This document shows, one piece after another, positions 13,193 through 27,624 of a stretch of DNA of 64,000 nt. Under the pieces are notes generated by a model. It saw only the letters and a list, made by a program, of their open reading frames with translations, searched no databases and had not been told where the DNA came from. The position numbers and the translations under genes were made by a program. The stretch spans positions 6,882,001 to 6,946,000 of the forward strand of contig NC_086380.1 of NCBI RefSeq assembly GCF_036588685.1, in the 5' to 3' direction. The DNA is from Mytilus trossulus (lineage: Eukaryota). Each line of letters opens with the position of its first letter. The stretch's first letter is position 1.

Positions 13193-14228
13193 ACAAATAA
13201 ATAAACAAAAACATTTTTTTCAAATGACACGTTCTGTTAAATCATTTATTTTCGTGAATACCAATATTCGTGGATGAAGGGAAACTTGAATGTTCACGGC
13301 ACATTTTGTATGAATTATACAAAAAATACACCATTTTGTGATTAGAAACCAAACAAAATGATAGAGTTGTAAAATAAATTAGGAAAAGATAGCTTTCAGA
13401 CAAGGCTTTGAGAATACATAAAGAAAAGATAGGGTCAGCGTACGTTTTTTTCCCGGCTTAAATACAAAATAGGAAAATTCCATGAAGATTCCTTCAAAAA
13501 ATGCAGTGTTAAAGTTACCTCCCCTTAAAATGTTCATTTGAAAACATTTAAAAACAACCAAATATAATCTTCACTGGTAAAAACAATAAATTTTATAAGT
13601 TATATTCTTATAAATTGGCTGTTGAATGAACAATCACGTTAGATATCTGCATTCCTTCATCAAATTTTGAAAACAAGATAGAAAATCTGGACCTTAGATT
13701 CTCTGTTTTTTACAAACCAAGATGGTGAAAGAAACCAACTTAAGGTAAAGAAACAGTTAAAAGTATATATCACAGAATTTTGGTAAATAGTGACAAACAA
13801 CTTTGGCTTATCATGCTTATTGAACCTTAATTGAAATTTGAAAAAAACAATGCATTTATCTCTTTTAGCATGAGAAATATTACTGACTGAATTTCTATGA
13901 AATTAGTTGAATAATTGTACAAAAAGCTTAAAATCGGTGAAAAATGTTTTTATATTTGTCTTAAAACCAACAAGTAACAACTAGGTTGATGTAACACGAA
14001 GTCTTTGACACTATTATGAGCATAAAACGGAAAAGTATGTATCAAAAACATAAATTTTATATTTATTTTTAAGAACATTTATGTATTTGAAATTTGAGAT
14101 TTGATGATTTTAGGACAAGTTAAGAAAGTTTTTTGCAAATATTATGGGCCTTCTATACACATGTTCACCTCTTTTGAAAGAATTAAATCAGCAATACTAA
14201 AAATAAAAGTTATAAATGCATGCATTTT

Positions 14229-14785
14229 TAACCGGATTTTTGTGACAAAACTGTCGGTTATTGATTTTGGGGATGTATGGCGGGCGGTCGGACAGTCGGT
14301 CGGTCGGGCGGCAGCCAAATGTTGTCCGTGCATTTACCCATGAATTGTTCAACCAAATCTTTTAAAATTTTAATATTTTGTGACTAACAATAAAATGAAG
14401 GTCAAGTTCAAGAATAATGATTTTTGACTTTTACCGTTCAGGAGTTATGGTTCTTGAAAGATTTAAATATGTTGTTACTGATGACAAAATGGAGGTCGAT
14501 TCAATAATGTTGATCTTGACTTTTACTGTTCAGGAGTTATGCTCCTTGAAAGATAAAAAAATGGCGTTTCCATTCATGTTGTTGCATTTACTCATGAACC
14601 ACTCTGAATCCATCTAAGCTCTTTCAAATTTTAATATGTTGATACTGATAACAAAATAGAGGTCAAATTTGATATTGACGATTTTCACTTTCACTGTTCA
14701 TTAGTTATGGTTCTTGTGAAATTGCCAGGACACACATAAATAATAATAAATCCGGTTTGCTGGGGTTGTGACAGCCTCTTCTTTG
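14229..14785 (+). mobile_element. Helentron/DINE-1-like non-autonomous element (HINE)
   Basis: T-rich flank, sub-terminal inverted repeats AACCGGATTT (14230) and AAATCCGGTT (14748), a (GTCG)n microsatellite, internal tandem units containing TTCAGGAGTTATG, and a 3' GCTG..CAGC hairpin. Confidence 0.7.
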
Positions 14786-15194
14786 AACGCCAGTTAATGA
14801 TTGACGAGCTAAAGTTGAATGCAAAATGTTATTAGAAACTGTGACACGATCCATCCTAGTTGACACGATTTCTGAGGACAAATGCAGTGAATCAGATTCA
14901 TGCCACAAGTCAAAAACAACAGTTCTGACATTTAACTGTTGGACACATGATATATATGCTACCGGTTGCGGGAGTTTCTCGCTGCATTTAAGACCTATTG
15001 GCTACCTTCTGCTGTTGTCTGTTCTATGGTCGGGTTGTTGTATCTTTGACACATTCCCCTTCCCATTCTCAATTTCATTTCTTTGAAAAGAAAAATGATT
15101 ATTTTCAACAATTAGTGCGTCTGATAAGCACCGACGAAATATACAAAATGATACTTGAATGCTAGCTAAATGACGGAGGGATACAACAAATAGC

Positions 15195-15510
15195 TATAGG
15201 GGGAGGATTGAGATCTCACAAACATGTTTAACCCCGCCGCATTTTTGCGCCTGTCCCAAGTCAGGAGCCTCTGGCCTTTGTTAGTCTTGTATTATTTTAA
15301 TTTTAGTTTCTTGTGTACAATTTGGAAATTAGTATGGCGTTCATTTTCACTGGACTAGTATATATTTGTTTAGGGGCCAGCTGAAGGACGCCTCCGGGTG
15401 CGGGAATTTCTCAATACATTGAAGACCTGTTGGTGACCTTCTGCTGTTGTTTTTTAATTGGTCGGGTTGTTGTCTCTTTGACACATTCCCCATTTCCATT
15501 CGCAATTTTA
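15195..15510. repeat. High-copy dispersed repeat family 2
   Basis: ...AACCCCGCCGCATTTTTGCGCCTGTCCCAAGTCAGGAGCC...TGACACATTCCCCATTTCCATT. Copies at ~520-645, 14960-15075, 29010-29290 (inverted), 44785-45146, 63010-63340 (inverted). Confidence 0.8.
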
Positions 15511-17988
15511 TTAAACAAAAAAAAAAACATTCCACCCTATCTTTTAGGCACTGTTATTAATTATCCAGGTTATTAAAAAGGATAGTTGTCTCATTAACAA
15601 TCATGCATAATCCGCTTACGCGTACGTTTATTATAAAACTAACTTTTACCACATTCTACAACACATTATGATATATTTTGGTGGATAAACGTCATAGTAA
15701 AACATAAAATTCTGCAAAGGAAAATGCTAAAAATTTTACAAACTCTAATAGAAAAGACGTTTTTTCTGCAGGTAATGGACAATTTTCGATTATACTGTAG
15801 TAAATTAACAAGCTGTGAGCAATACAAAGTGAACATTTTGATTAATACATAATACTAACATTCTTAAAAAAAGACCCAAATCAAACAGATAACTAATAAA
15901 TATTCCGACTTCACCTGCATATTGGATAAACGTTTTTCTTATAATACGGTATTCAAAAGCTTGTATCTACTATTCAGAAGTTATAAAACATCAAAATTGT
16001 CTGAGCAGAAAGTTGATGAGCCAATGTTATGTCAAAGAAAGTCTCGTCCTGTTTCTAAAAAAAATATATCAAAGATATCAATACCTTGTTGATCATAGTA
16101 TACTTGATGGTCTTGAAGTATATAATTTAGGTACGAACTTTTTTAATTTCTATTTTTTTTTTTATCTTATAATGACCCTGATAACGAAGAACACACATAT
16201 GACGACAATCCGTAGTCAAGTGTAAGGGCATCGTACCAATATACGACAATGACAATATACGATCACGTTTAAATTTTGATTGCTAACATTTTTGATTTTT
16301 GATCTGCGCGTCTGGCGTAAATACAAAATTTCAATCCTGTTTAAGAATATCTCCGATGAGCTTACTTCCGAGGTGGATTTGACAACCGAGGATACGAAAA
16401 CAAAGGTTAAAATATTTTTAGATGGAATTGGGGGATAACCAAATACTGAAATTTCAATTGCAAATGATCACTAAGAAGCAAAACAACGATTAAGCTAAGT
16501 TAAATCGTGAAAAGACAAGTCAAGCTTGTAAAGTTCATGATAAAATATTTTCACACAAATCATGCTATAGCTTTTAATAAAAAGATTATTACAGTATTTA
16601 TATATATTGGTTTACAATTTACGTCGAGACAGAGCTTTTACATGCAAAATATCGGACGTTACAATTCATTAACTTTATGCATAAACTTTATGACAAAACG
16701 GAAACCTGAATAAACCGACCAACTGTTCAAATGGGCCCTTTTCATATTTTCATAACCTGCCGGTTTATATAGATTTGACTTATATAGTTAGGACGTTGAT
16801 ATGTACTTATATATACATCCCGCAATTGTGTTGATGTATATTGCCAATTTTTAGTTCTTGTCTGACAGTTTTGTATGTGAATTTTGTCTATAGCCAATTC
16901 TGTGTTTCTTAGTTGCAACGATGTTTTGTTTTTATATAGATTTATATTATATTACAATGTTGACTGCTTTACTCAAATTGTCGACGTCTTTACCGATAAT
17001 GTCTGTTTATTTTGCTCACACTTTGTTATGCATATGATTAAATTATATGCGACTGTCATAGAAATGAGAGGTTTAGCAAGCTATTAAACCAGATTTAATC
17101 CACCATATTCTACATTAAAAATGCCCTGTACAACGCCAGGAATATGACAGTTGATTTTCCTTTCGTTAGATGTGTTTGACCTTTTGATTTTACCAAATTA
17201 GAAGGAACTTTCCTTTTTGAATTTCCTTTGGAGTTTGGTATTTTTGTAATATAATTGTTTGCTAAAATATAATTTCTTTATTATTGCCTTTATTTATACT
17301 CTTTTTGTATCTTTTGACTTTGTTAAGCTTCAGTGAAAATGTATAGTATTTTTTTTAAACTACAAATTTCAGATCATTCACGAGAACAGATTCCTAACCA
17401 AATTTACTATACCATGTATACATACAATTAAAAACTACATTCTGTCAACAACGTTATGCTTAAGTATTTTTGTTGTCAACTTACGTAAATTCACAAATCT
17501 CTCAATGTACATAATGACAATTTCACACATATGTAATTTTGAAATAATTACATTGTCTTGTTCTCAATCTGAAAATAGCGATTTTATTTACCTACTGCAA
17601 CCTTACGCAGATGTTACTCCAACTATTTCGTAACGAGTGTAAATAAATTTTAAGTTTTTACAATGTACGAATATCTAGACTATAATTCATTCTTCAACTA
17701 ATGTTTTTTTTTACTTCACAAACACTGGAATTTGGATAAAACCACCGTTTTCTGTATACCTTTCTATATATAGCTTCATGTTATCCGTACACCTGTATTC
17801 AAGTGTTGAAGTTTTAGCTAACATAAAACCAGAATAAACAAACTGTGGATTGGGAAACCTTTTATACTAACCCCTTTCCACTGTGCTTATGCAAGGACAG
17901 CCTTGTTATTAGCTTGCTCTTGTTCTCAAACTCGGTTTCTTTTACGTGCAAGAATAGTTATCAAAGGTACCAGGATTACAATTAAGTA

Positions 17989-18030
17989 CGCCAGACGCGC
18001 GTTTCGTCTTCATAAGACTCATCAGTGACG
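17989..18030 (-). ncRNA. Minimal type I hammerhead ribozyme with intact core, within a retrozyme/Penelope-like repeat (17957-18155)
   Basis: Minus strand: CGTCA CTGATGA GTCTT-ATG-AAGAC GAAA C-GCGC-GTC^TGGCG. Stem I CGTCA/TGGCG, core CUGAUGA/GAAA, 5-bp stem II, minimal palindromic stem III and a GUC cleavage triplet. Confidence 0.85.
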
Positions 18031-18883
18031 CTCATATCAAAATATTTAAAAAGCCAAACAATTACAAAGTTGAAGGGCATTGAGGATTCAAAATTCAAAA
18101 AAAGTTATGCCGAATACGGCTTAGGTAATCTATGCCTGGGGTAAGAAAATCCCTACTTTATTTCTCGAAAAATAGATATTGTTATCTTGATGGACTTTTC
18201 TTAAATGTACCTTGGAGTTACAGACACAGCTGATCTTTTCTGTATTGACAAATGAAAATTGAAGCCTATAACTTGATAAATGGTCCGAAACCCTCCCCCT
18301 AATCTGCGACAGTAGTTTAACAGTACAACATGAAATTAAACTATGAAAATCAAATGAAAAGGGATTGACTCAAAAGTTTAATTCAAAGTAGAAAATATCT
18401 AACGAAAACAAAGACTGGACATGACAGCGTATATTTAAATCCCACAACAAAAAGACACCAAAGTTTTCACTCACAACATCTGAGAGAAAGTTCAAAAACA
18501 AAAACAAATGATAAAAATTTTGCATCTATGACAAAAATATCAATTAGTACATATTCAACATCAAATGGATTCAGTATCATTACGTCATTAACAGTCAGAA
18601 GTTGATTGATTAGTGTTTAACGCCACTTTCGACACGATTGTTTCGTGGCGATTGGGTTTTTTTGATAGAGGAAGCCGGGATGATTGGAGGGAACCATCAA
18701 TCTTCGTTCTGAAAACTGACAAACAATCATAGTCAATTAAAGATTAGCTCATAATATGTAACCAAAAACTATCAATCTGCCAATAAATGTCAGTAAAGGA
18801 GTTTTCTTGATATTTGTGAACCGGTGTGCGATCGATTGTATTCTTCTATTGCATTAAATATAATTTAACTTGTGTTTGTTAAA

Positions 18884-18940
18884 GTGTGTGTGTGTGTGTG
18901 AGTGTGGGTGTGTGTGTGTATGTGTGTGTGTGTTTGTGTG
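18884..18940. repeat. Imperfect (GT)n microsatellite
   Basis: Directly visible. Confidence 0.9.
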
Positions 18941-19320
18941 GAGGGGTATGGTGTTTTTGTCCGAGTCATCAAAGCGCGACCTTTATATTTTTCGACTCTT
19001 TCAATTAAATTACTTTTAAATTTTGATTCAAAACATTTTTTTTGTCATCTCCTTTCATTTGCTTGACAACAAAATATTTTTTTCTCATAAAACTGGGGGT
19101 CAGAATATGGTTTAAGGACCCCCCCCCCCCCCCATTTTCCCTTGAATTAAATTGTTCGGTACTTTTATATAGATATTATCTTCTGGACTGAGATACCGCA
19201 ATAGTGCACCAAAATGACGTGAATGTCCTTAACTTAAGTTACTTGTTAAACATAGATATACACAATGTTTATTATATATAACATGTATAATAAATCATAG
19301 TTTTGACATACTTTTTTTTA

Positions 19321-19675
19321 AACCCTTCTAGTTAAATAAAAATCGGTCTGACGTTAAGATCAGAATAAAACAAAAATTCGTATGCAAAAATGTATATGTG
19401 TTACATCATGTCGTGTCAAAGATATTTTTTTCAAAACAAAACAATTTACATCAAAGTTGAGATGAATGCAGATAGAATTCTACACAAAAGGCATTCACTA
19501 ATTTCAACCTTCTAGTTATATAAAAATCGGTCTGACGTTAAGATCATCATAAAATAAAAATTCGTATGCAAAAATGTATATGTGTTTCATCATATCGTGT
19601 CAAAGTTTTTTTTCAAAACAAACCAATTTACATCGAAAGGAGATGAATGTGGAAAGATTTCTACACACAAGGATC
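19321..19675. repeat. Tandem duplication, two copies of ~185 bp
   Basis: CCTTCTAGTTA(A/T)ATAAAAATCGGTCTGACGTTAAGATCA...TTCTACACA at ~19324 and ~19508. Confidence 0.85.
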
Positions 19676-20447
19676 TATCAATTATGTTGATAATAAAGTG
19701 CATTTTGAACCTTTCCTATGCATACATCACTGTTAAATAATTAAATGTATCTGAAAAAAAAATGCATTTAGTATAGAAGAAACAGTGTTGAAAATTGAAT
19801 TTTTGAATTTTTATTAGAAGTCAAATTGAGTTTATTACATAGAATGATCAGACTCGTTGAAATTTCCGCACCTTTATGAGTTGTTTATCTGCATGCTTTT
19901 AGCTGAATAACGGAAATCAACGTGTGAAAAGATCTAGTTTGCTCCTGACATACCGTCCGTGTTATTTGTTTACTCGATTGAACTGTTCACATTTGTCATT
20001 TCTGGGTATATATAGCTTACAAAGCTGTATAGATTTTGTTCATTATTGAAAGCATTACTGTTTTTTTTTAACTTCTATGGCATGTGTTCTCTGATGGAGA
20101 GCTGTTTATTTTGGCAATTATGCAACACCTTCTTATTAAAAGAATACCACAGGAAGATCACACCAAACACAAAACTAATGACTGAGCAGCACAAACCTGA
20201 CATTTAACACGGTAAACTATGGAAGAGGAAGCAACTCCTTATTTAATGGTGACAACCTTCGTATCATGTATTACAAATAATTAAGTCTTACAAATTATCT
20301 ATTCAGTATTTTATAACAGCTAAGATTTGCTTTAAACACGGTAACAAAAAGATAAATATCTGAAACTATTTGTTGAATATACTCGCTGAACAAAAGCATA
20401 CTCATATGCTTTTTGTTGGTTTTCATTCATGTACTTCATTTGTACTT

Positions 20448-20499
20448 GCAGTCATCTTGTGCAGTCATTTTGTGCAGTCATCTTGTGCAGTCATCTTGT
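20448..20499. repeat. 13-bp minisatellite GCAGTCATCTTGT x4
   Basis: Directly visible. Confidence 0.85.
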
Positions 20500-21222
20500 C
20501 GGATATGTACATATAAACTGTACTGATACAACACAATTTTACATTAAAGTATGAGTTTCAATCGTCATTTTTATCCAAATACTTATATCGGACTCTTAAC
20601 GACATGTTACATGTAACTATAAAAATATTTTATTTACATTTAAGCTATGATATTGAATATTAATTTCTGTTCACTTCTTCCCCTAAATTCAATGATTTAA
20701 TGAATCAACTGTGGGTTGTTAAGAAATACAAGGACAGCTACAAACCAAGCTTTTGACTATGTGCTACTGTATTAGTACATATTTCAATCTTCAGCTTGAA
20801 CCTATTACGGAATCGAGGAATAAAGGAAACATCTTTCACTTGACTGTGTAGTGATTGCCAATTTGGATTTTATTCAACAGTGAAAACTAAAATAGTTTCT
20901 TCGTAAAGTTAATTGTTTTTTGTCAATCAAGAGTTTGACTGTCCCTCTGGTATCCTTTGCCCCTCTTTTCCATACAATTAGGTTTCTATTTCAATTAATT
21001 CGTGTGCTTATGTAATCTCACTTAATAGAGCGTATCCGTTCTTGTGTAAATCAATACTGTGTTGTTAGGACTTAGTATTGTAAATCAATTTAATTAAGTC
21101 AATCCATCTTATTTGTACGAGTTGTTTGTTTTTTTCAGTATGTAGATATAAATAAAAAATAATATATATATTTTCTCATACAATTTTCTTATTATAACTT
21201 GAGAGTTATCGTATACAACACC

Positions 21223-21227
21223 ATGAG
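21223..21227 (+). CDS. Copper amine oxidase copy 2, start segment (ATGAG)
   Basis: caccATGAG|gtaagt, with good Kozak context and a consensus donor; phase 2 matches the exon at 22851. Confidence 0.7.
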
Positions 21228-22850
21228 GTAAGTTTTAAAAAAGTTATAAAAATCAGTCACAAGATGAATATATTATTATTCGAAATTATAATCAGTAAGA
21301 TATACAAAAATATTAAAATCAACAATAAACCTATCATAGGGGATAACATTAAATGCGGCACTTTATCAAACAACGAATCGAATGGAAATCATTTTCCATT
21401 TTCTGACTGATATAGTATGATAACACAATTTTTGAAATATGTATAACGCAAAACGGGAACGAAAATTTCCAACAATGTCTTCTAACAAACGCGCGTCTGG
21501 CGTATATACAAAATTTAGTCCTGGTATCTATGATGAGTTTATTTAGTAAATTTTCAACAATGACTTCAGTTTTGATAAGGGTTTTTCGATTAAATAGCTG
21601 ACTTTTACTAACTTCCAACATGCAATTAATTAAGATAACAGTAGTTTGTGGATGTTTATTTCTCAACCTATTCGCTACTCTGGTGTCTGTGGTCACGCTA
21701 AAGATTTCAAATTCATAACCTATTTGGCTTTGACTTTATTTAAATTCATGTTTTACAAATGAGTGCTATGTTGACGAAACGGTCGTTTTTTGTACAAAGT
21801 TAAAGACGTCGGATCCTTGATGAGAATAACACACATCACTCAATAAATTAAAAAAAGGGCACTAGTATTCAAAGATATTACATATGACAACTGCTGACAG
21901 TACCCTGACCTTGAAATCCACCATGTTTTTCTTGAAATGTCTTGTACCAAGTCAGAATATTGCAGTTTTTATAAATTAGGTCGTTTTTTTAGTGATTTAA
22001 CTTTTTTCTATGTAAATTGCATTGACGTTTGCTTTTGTTGCACTTCAGTGTTTCGGTTCTTCCTTTGTTTTCCTTTTAACGTTGATATTTTTCACTCGGT
22101 TTTAGTTTAACCCGAATTTGTTTTCTCCTAATCGATTTATGAACAACGGTATACTACTATTACCGTATCTGAGACAATACACGGAGACATGGTTAGAATA
22201 AACTATAAATTTTTATATCGATATTAAATGAAGTTAATATTTATTGATGTTTTTAGAAAAAAATTAAAAACACAAAAATACTGAACTCCGAGGAAAATTC
22301 AAAAAGGAAAATCAAAAATCAAAAGGCAAAATCAAAAGTCCAAACACTTCGAACGAATGGATAACAACTGTCATATCCTGACGTGGTACAGACATTTTCT
22401 AATGCAGTAAATGGTGGATTGAACCTGGTTTTATAGCAAGCTAAACCTCTCACTTTTATGACAGTCCATTACTTTGTCAACGATGCATGAACAAAACAAA
22501 CATACTGAAAGAGTAAAAATGTCAAAAATAGGGGTACAGCAGTCAATATTGAGTTAGAAAAGCTTGACCGAAATGCTTGTTTTGTACTTTTTGTCCAACA
22601 AGACAATAAGTTCCATTGCACATTTTGAAAAAACAACAACATTCTAGCTCCTCACGCAAATGTTGTTTCCCCACAAATATGTACAATGCTTTTCATGTTT
22701 ATATTTATCATCTCAAACTGAACCATTTTTCTGCCAAAGTTTGTATAAATTTATAAAGATATGGAGTTATACATAAGCTTAAATTTAGGTATACACGTAT
22801 TTAAACATTCATTACCCAAACATTAATGTCGTTGCAATCGTTTATTTTAG

Positions 22851-22959
22851 ACCTCTAAATGGTAATGGTTGGTCGTTCATGGTACTTTGTGTATTTCTTT
22901 TTGAGATGTCAGAGGCTTACCAAAGAAAACAAGTTGATGGACGTACGCATAGAACAAAG
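22851..22959 (+). CDS. Copper amine oxidase copy 2, signal-peptide exon
   Basis: ttttag|(R)PLNGNGWSFMVLCVFLFEMSEAYQRKQVDGRTHRTK|gtaaaa, with an S-E-A cleavage site. Confidence 0.8.
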
Positions 22960-23425
22960 GTAAAATTCATATTTATGACATTACTTTTATCAGGAAATAA
23001 ACGAACATAAAACATCAAACTATTCAGGCGCTAATATTTTGATAAAAATATCAGTTTACTTTAAAAACATAAAGACCTGAACATAAACTGCAGAAAACAC
23101 GGAAAGGTAAGCCGAATATGAGCACTCACTCTACAAGTGAAATATGACAAAGTATCCAAACAACTGTTGCTGTTGATTGTATATAATGCATGGCTTGTTA
23201 ATGGACATATAACTTCAAATATTTTTCTTTAGTTTTTTTTCCAAAATAAACAACTCAAATCATTTTATTTGCATACATTTATCTGCATATCCGTAACACA
23301 TTTTTTTGAAACTGGTAGGAAGAAAATACACATGTTTGAAGTTATAACGTCATTTTACTCCAATACCAGCAACTGATGTAACATAACACAGATTTTATCA
23401 ATCATGCATGTTTGTTATCTTCTAG

Positions 23426-23492
23426 GCTAAACAGAGGAATGACGGAAAGTGTATACAACCACAGCTTTACATAAAACCTATGTCATTGAGAA
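23426..23492 (+). CDS. Copper amine oxidase copy 2, exon 3
   Basis: cttctag|AKQRNDGKCIQPQLYIKPMSLR(R)|gtgagt, phase 0 to 1. Confidence 0.75.
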
Positions 23493-25319
23493 GTGAGTAA
23501 ATATAAAATAAGAACATGTTGTATAATTGTCAATGAGACAACTCTCCACAAGTGACAAAATGACACAGAACTACACAAATAATGGTCACCATACAGCCTT
23601 CAGAAATAATCATCTATAAAAGGCCCCGAAATAACCAATGTAAAACAATTCGAAGAAGAAAACTAACGGCCTTATTAATGTACAAAACAAATGAACTAAA
23701 ATACACATATCTGACACAGCAACAAATAACAAACACTAAATTACAGGCTCCTGACTTTGTACAGGCACACACATTCAGATTGTGCCGGATTAAACATGTT
23801 AGTGCAATCCCAGCCTTCCCAGTAACCTGGGACAGTGGTGTAACAGAACAACATAAGAACGAATATGTTTTAACTTCAAATATTTAATATCAATCGTATT
23901 GCCATGCAGTTACAAAATGAAGTTACAGAAGTACTGGAAAATGTATTTATCTATTTAAAAGCTAATTTGATTTTATTATCTGCTGCAAAGTTTGAAACTG
24001 CATTCGTCTGGTATTAAGAGTTTTGGTTATATTGTAGAGTTTAAGTTGTGATAAATTCATTACTATTAAAAAATAAGGTCAAAGTTAATCAAATACTTAC
24101 TACTGGCCGGATTGAAAATAAACAAATCTAAATTGAGTGAAAATGATCTATCAAACAGTACTTCTTTTTCGCAGTGAATCAGTATGACAATTAATCGTGT
24201 TCATTGAAAGACTCAACATAGCGTGAAAATGTATTGTTTTATCTTTAAAGAGGTGTTTATGTTAAATTGATCAGGTCAGGTGCAAAAAGGTTTACTAGAG
24301 ATATATTAACCTATATAAAGCATGTCTATGTCACAACACAAATCAAGTTACTGGTTGTGGTTTTTTTTATCACCCATGAATGTATAAGAGTACTGGGGGG
24401 AAAACTATACTGACGGCTCAATCTTGTTTTATAGAAACCGTCATCTTGCAACATAATGTTAGCAATTTCCGGTTGTTCGGGTTTCAGTGATTTTTGAAAT
24501 GCATATTATAAATTTTTAAAGTCGTTTTTTTGCTTTGTATTTCGAAAGTTTGTGTTTTTGTGTAGTTCATTTATAAATTATATCATGTTACTTCAAGTTG
24601 TTTGTCTCTTTTCTTGTGCCGAAATATGTAACACTGCATGTTAGTGTACAACCAGTGACGTCCATTTACATAATGTTGATTCTGGTATATGGTTGTCTCA
24701 TTGGTGAGCAATCATACACCATTAATTTGTTCTGTTAAACTTTTAATACGACCATATTTGTACTTGCGATAACTACTCTTGTGTGTTCTTTTTATCATCT
24801 GTTTATCATTAATATTTAAGTCCATCGTATTTGTTTGACTCTTTTTAGCTATTAGATTATGACAAATTGTTTATGTTTGTGTGTTCCTTTTATTTATACT
24901 GATTTATTATCAGTTTTGTGGTAGATTCTCGGGCACGTTTTGACATGATTTGTTCGAATTCATTGCCTTTTGGTACAGAATATACATATGGCTTATATTT
25001 GCAATTTATCTTGCAGATGATTATGATAAAATATACTGGTATAAAAAAGAAGATGTGGTATGATTGCCAATGAGACAACTAACCACAAACGACCAAAAAG
25101 ACACAAACATTAACAATTATAGGTCACCTTACGGCCTTCAACAATGAGCAAAGCACATACCGCATATAGTCAGCTCTAAAAGGCCCCATTAAGACAATGT
25201 AAAACAATTCAAACGAGAAAACTAATGGTAGATTGTTTACTAAAACCGTGTCAATGTTGAATTCGTCACGTACGATAATTCCTGATTGCATCTGGTTATA
25301 ATTATTTTTATTTTTTCAG

Positions 25320-27271
25320 GAAACAAATCTGTAGGAGTATGTGGAAGAAATAGTAAGAATCCATATGGTAGAATTAATAGAAATGAGCTGAATTATCCAT
25401 CTGTATTCAACGACCTCACTAGGAAAGAAATGAAGGGTCTGCTTTACTATTTGTACTCAAATAAGGAACTTAATCTCACAAAATTCAGTAATGCGACAAT
25501 CAGGAGTAACTACATTTACTTAGCAGAACTTTATTTGCCACCCAAAGAGGCAGTCTTGAATTATATAGATAATGGATTTACAAAACCACCAAGAGAAGCT
25601 CACGTGATATTAATAAGAGGAGGAGATTCTAAACCAAATGTTATTGAAATAGTTGTTGGACCACTTCCGTTTCCTAACGGTTATCGACTGGTTCCTTATC
25701 GACCACAACCAATTCCATTCTTTCAAAGACCAATTACATCTATTGAAAATATTTCCCAAAAACTTAAGGAAAGAATAAACAAAGAATTCGGGAAGGCACT
25801 TCATGATTTATACGGCGGTACATTTATCAACTGTCGTAATAAATGTTTAGATGTGTCTATCAGCGTTCAGGTTCCGATTACAACGTTAGACGGAAAACGT
25901 TTTTATTGGTACACTTTTTATCAAAACTTTGAATATAGCATTTTAAGACCAATAGATTTTGAAGTTTATGTAGAAACCCGTTTTGAAAATTTTAAGATCT
26001 TGAAAATTTGGTTTTATGGAAGAATTTTTGAAACATGGAACAAAGTGAGAGATTTTTACAGAAGAAATAAACTCGTCTTTAAAAAAATACCTTTTCCAAG
26101 AGGATCGATGAATATTCCACTTACTATGAAACGAAGGGGGAATCCTCCCTTCTCAAATCCATTACGAAATCCTTCACAAATTTCTCCTGATGGAAAAAGA
26201 TACAACATCAAAGGAAGGAAAGTAACGTACATGTTTTGGGAATTTGATATAGGTATGTCAATAATTACAGGACCACGTTTATTCGATATAAGATTCCAAG
26301 GTCAGCGTATAGTATATGAAATTAGTCTACAAGAATTAACCTCTTTTTATTCTGGATACAAACCAACGGAACAAAACTTTCGGTTTTTCGATTCAAGATT
26401 TTTGCTAGGCTTAAGAGCAAAATATTTAATGCATGGGGTTGACTGTCCAAATGATGCAACATATATAAGTACATACTTTTTAGACGGAAGCTCCGACACT
26501 CCAGTTTATAATTCACGTGCGTTTTGTGTTTTTGAACTTAACACGGGACTCCCATTAAGACGTCATCATGGGTATTCTTCAACTTCGTCTCACAGATTTT
26601 ACGAGGGTATGGTTAGTGTTGTATTAACTGTCAGAACTATCATCACCGTCTTCAACTATGATTACATTATAGATTTTATATTTTATCCCACTGGTGGAAT
26701 AGAAGTAAAGGTCACTGTTTCCGGTGTAATAATCGCAGCATATCATGGACGTAAAAATCCATACGGTTTCGAAATTAGTAAACATTTAATGGGCCTGATT
26801 CATCAACATTTATTTCATTTTAAAGTAGATATGGACATAAAAGGAAAATTCAACAGATTCGAAACAATTGATATTGAAAATGATGCCGTTTCGAATCCTA
26901 CATATACAAATTCAGATTCCAACATTCAACAATTGAGATTTGAAAGAAAATTGAAAGTAACTGAGAAGCAGGCCGTATATAAACACAACTTTAAGCAACC
27001 TAAATACCTTGTGATATCTAATGATAATATAAAAGATAAATTCGGCAACACACCCGGTTATAGAATAGTAAATAAAGGTATGACATATAATATATACCCG
27101 ACAGGAACAAGGTACGAACCAGGAATCACTTGGTCGCGCTATCAAGTTGCTGTTACCAGACGAAAGGATAATGAGCCGGGAAGCAGTTCCATATACCAAA
27201 CTAATAAGCCAGATGAGCCTGTAGTAAGATTTCAGGATTTTATTGACGATGATGAAAATATTGTTGACAAG
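25320..27271 (+). CDS. Copper-containing (TPQ) amine oxidase copy 2, large catalytic exon
   Basis: Contains TVFNYDY, IHQHLFHFKVDMD and FFD; collinear with copy 1. Bounded by ttttcag| and GACAAG|gtaaaa. Confidence 0.95.
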
Positions 27272-27624
27272 GTAAAACGATATTTATTTTTTATAATAAT
27301 GAAAGACCACGTGTAGTTTTTCTTTTTTTTATGTTCAATATTTGTCGTCATACGCAATGTTTTGGAAAATGAAATCAAATTGCCAGTTTTACAGTAATAA
27401 GGGGTGTCTCTTTTTAGGCACAACAAATGATTAATACTTTCCCCCCCAAAAAATTTAAGAAATCGCTAAATTTTTACTAATAAGACAATAACGAAACCGC
27501 CAATAAAGATTTTTTTGACAACAAGATAGATAAAAACAATGCGAATAATATAACAGCAAAATATCAACATGTCATGTAAACTTTTAAAACGTAAATTGGC
27601 ATGGCCTAGTTATTTAAATAAGAT

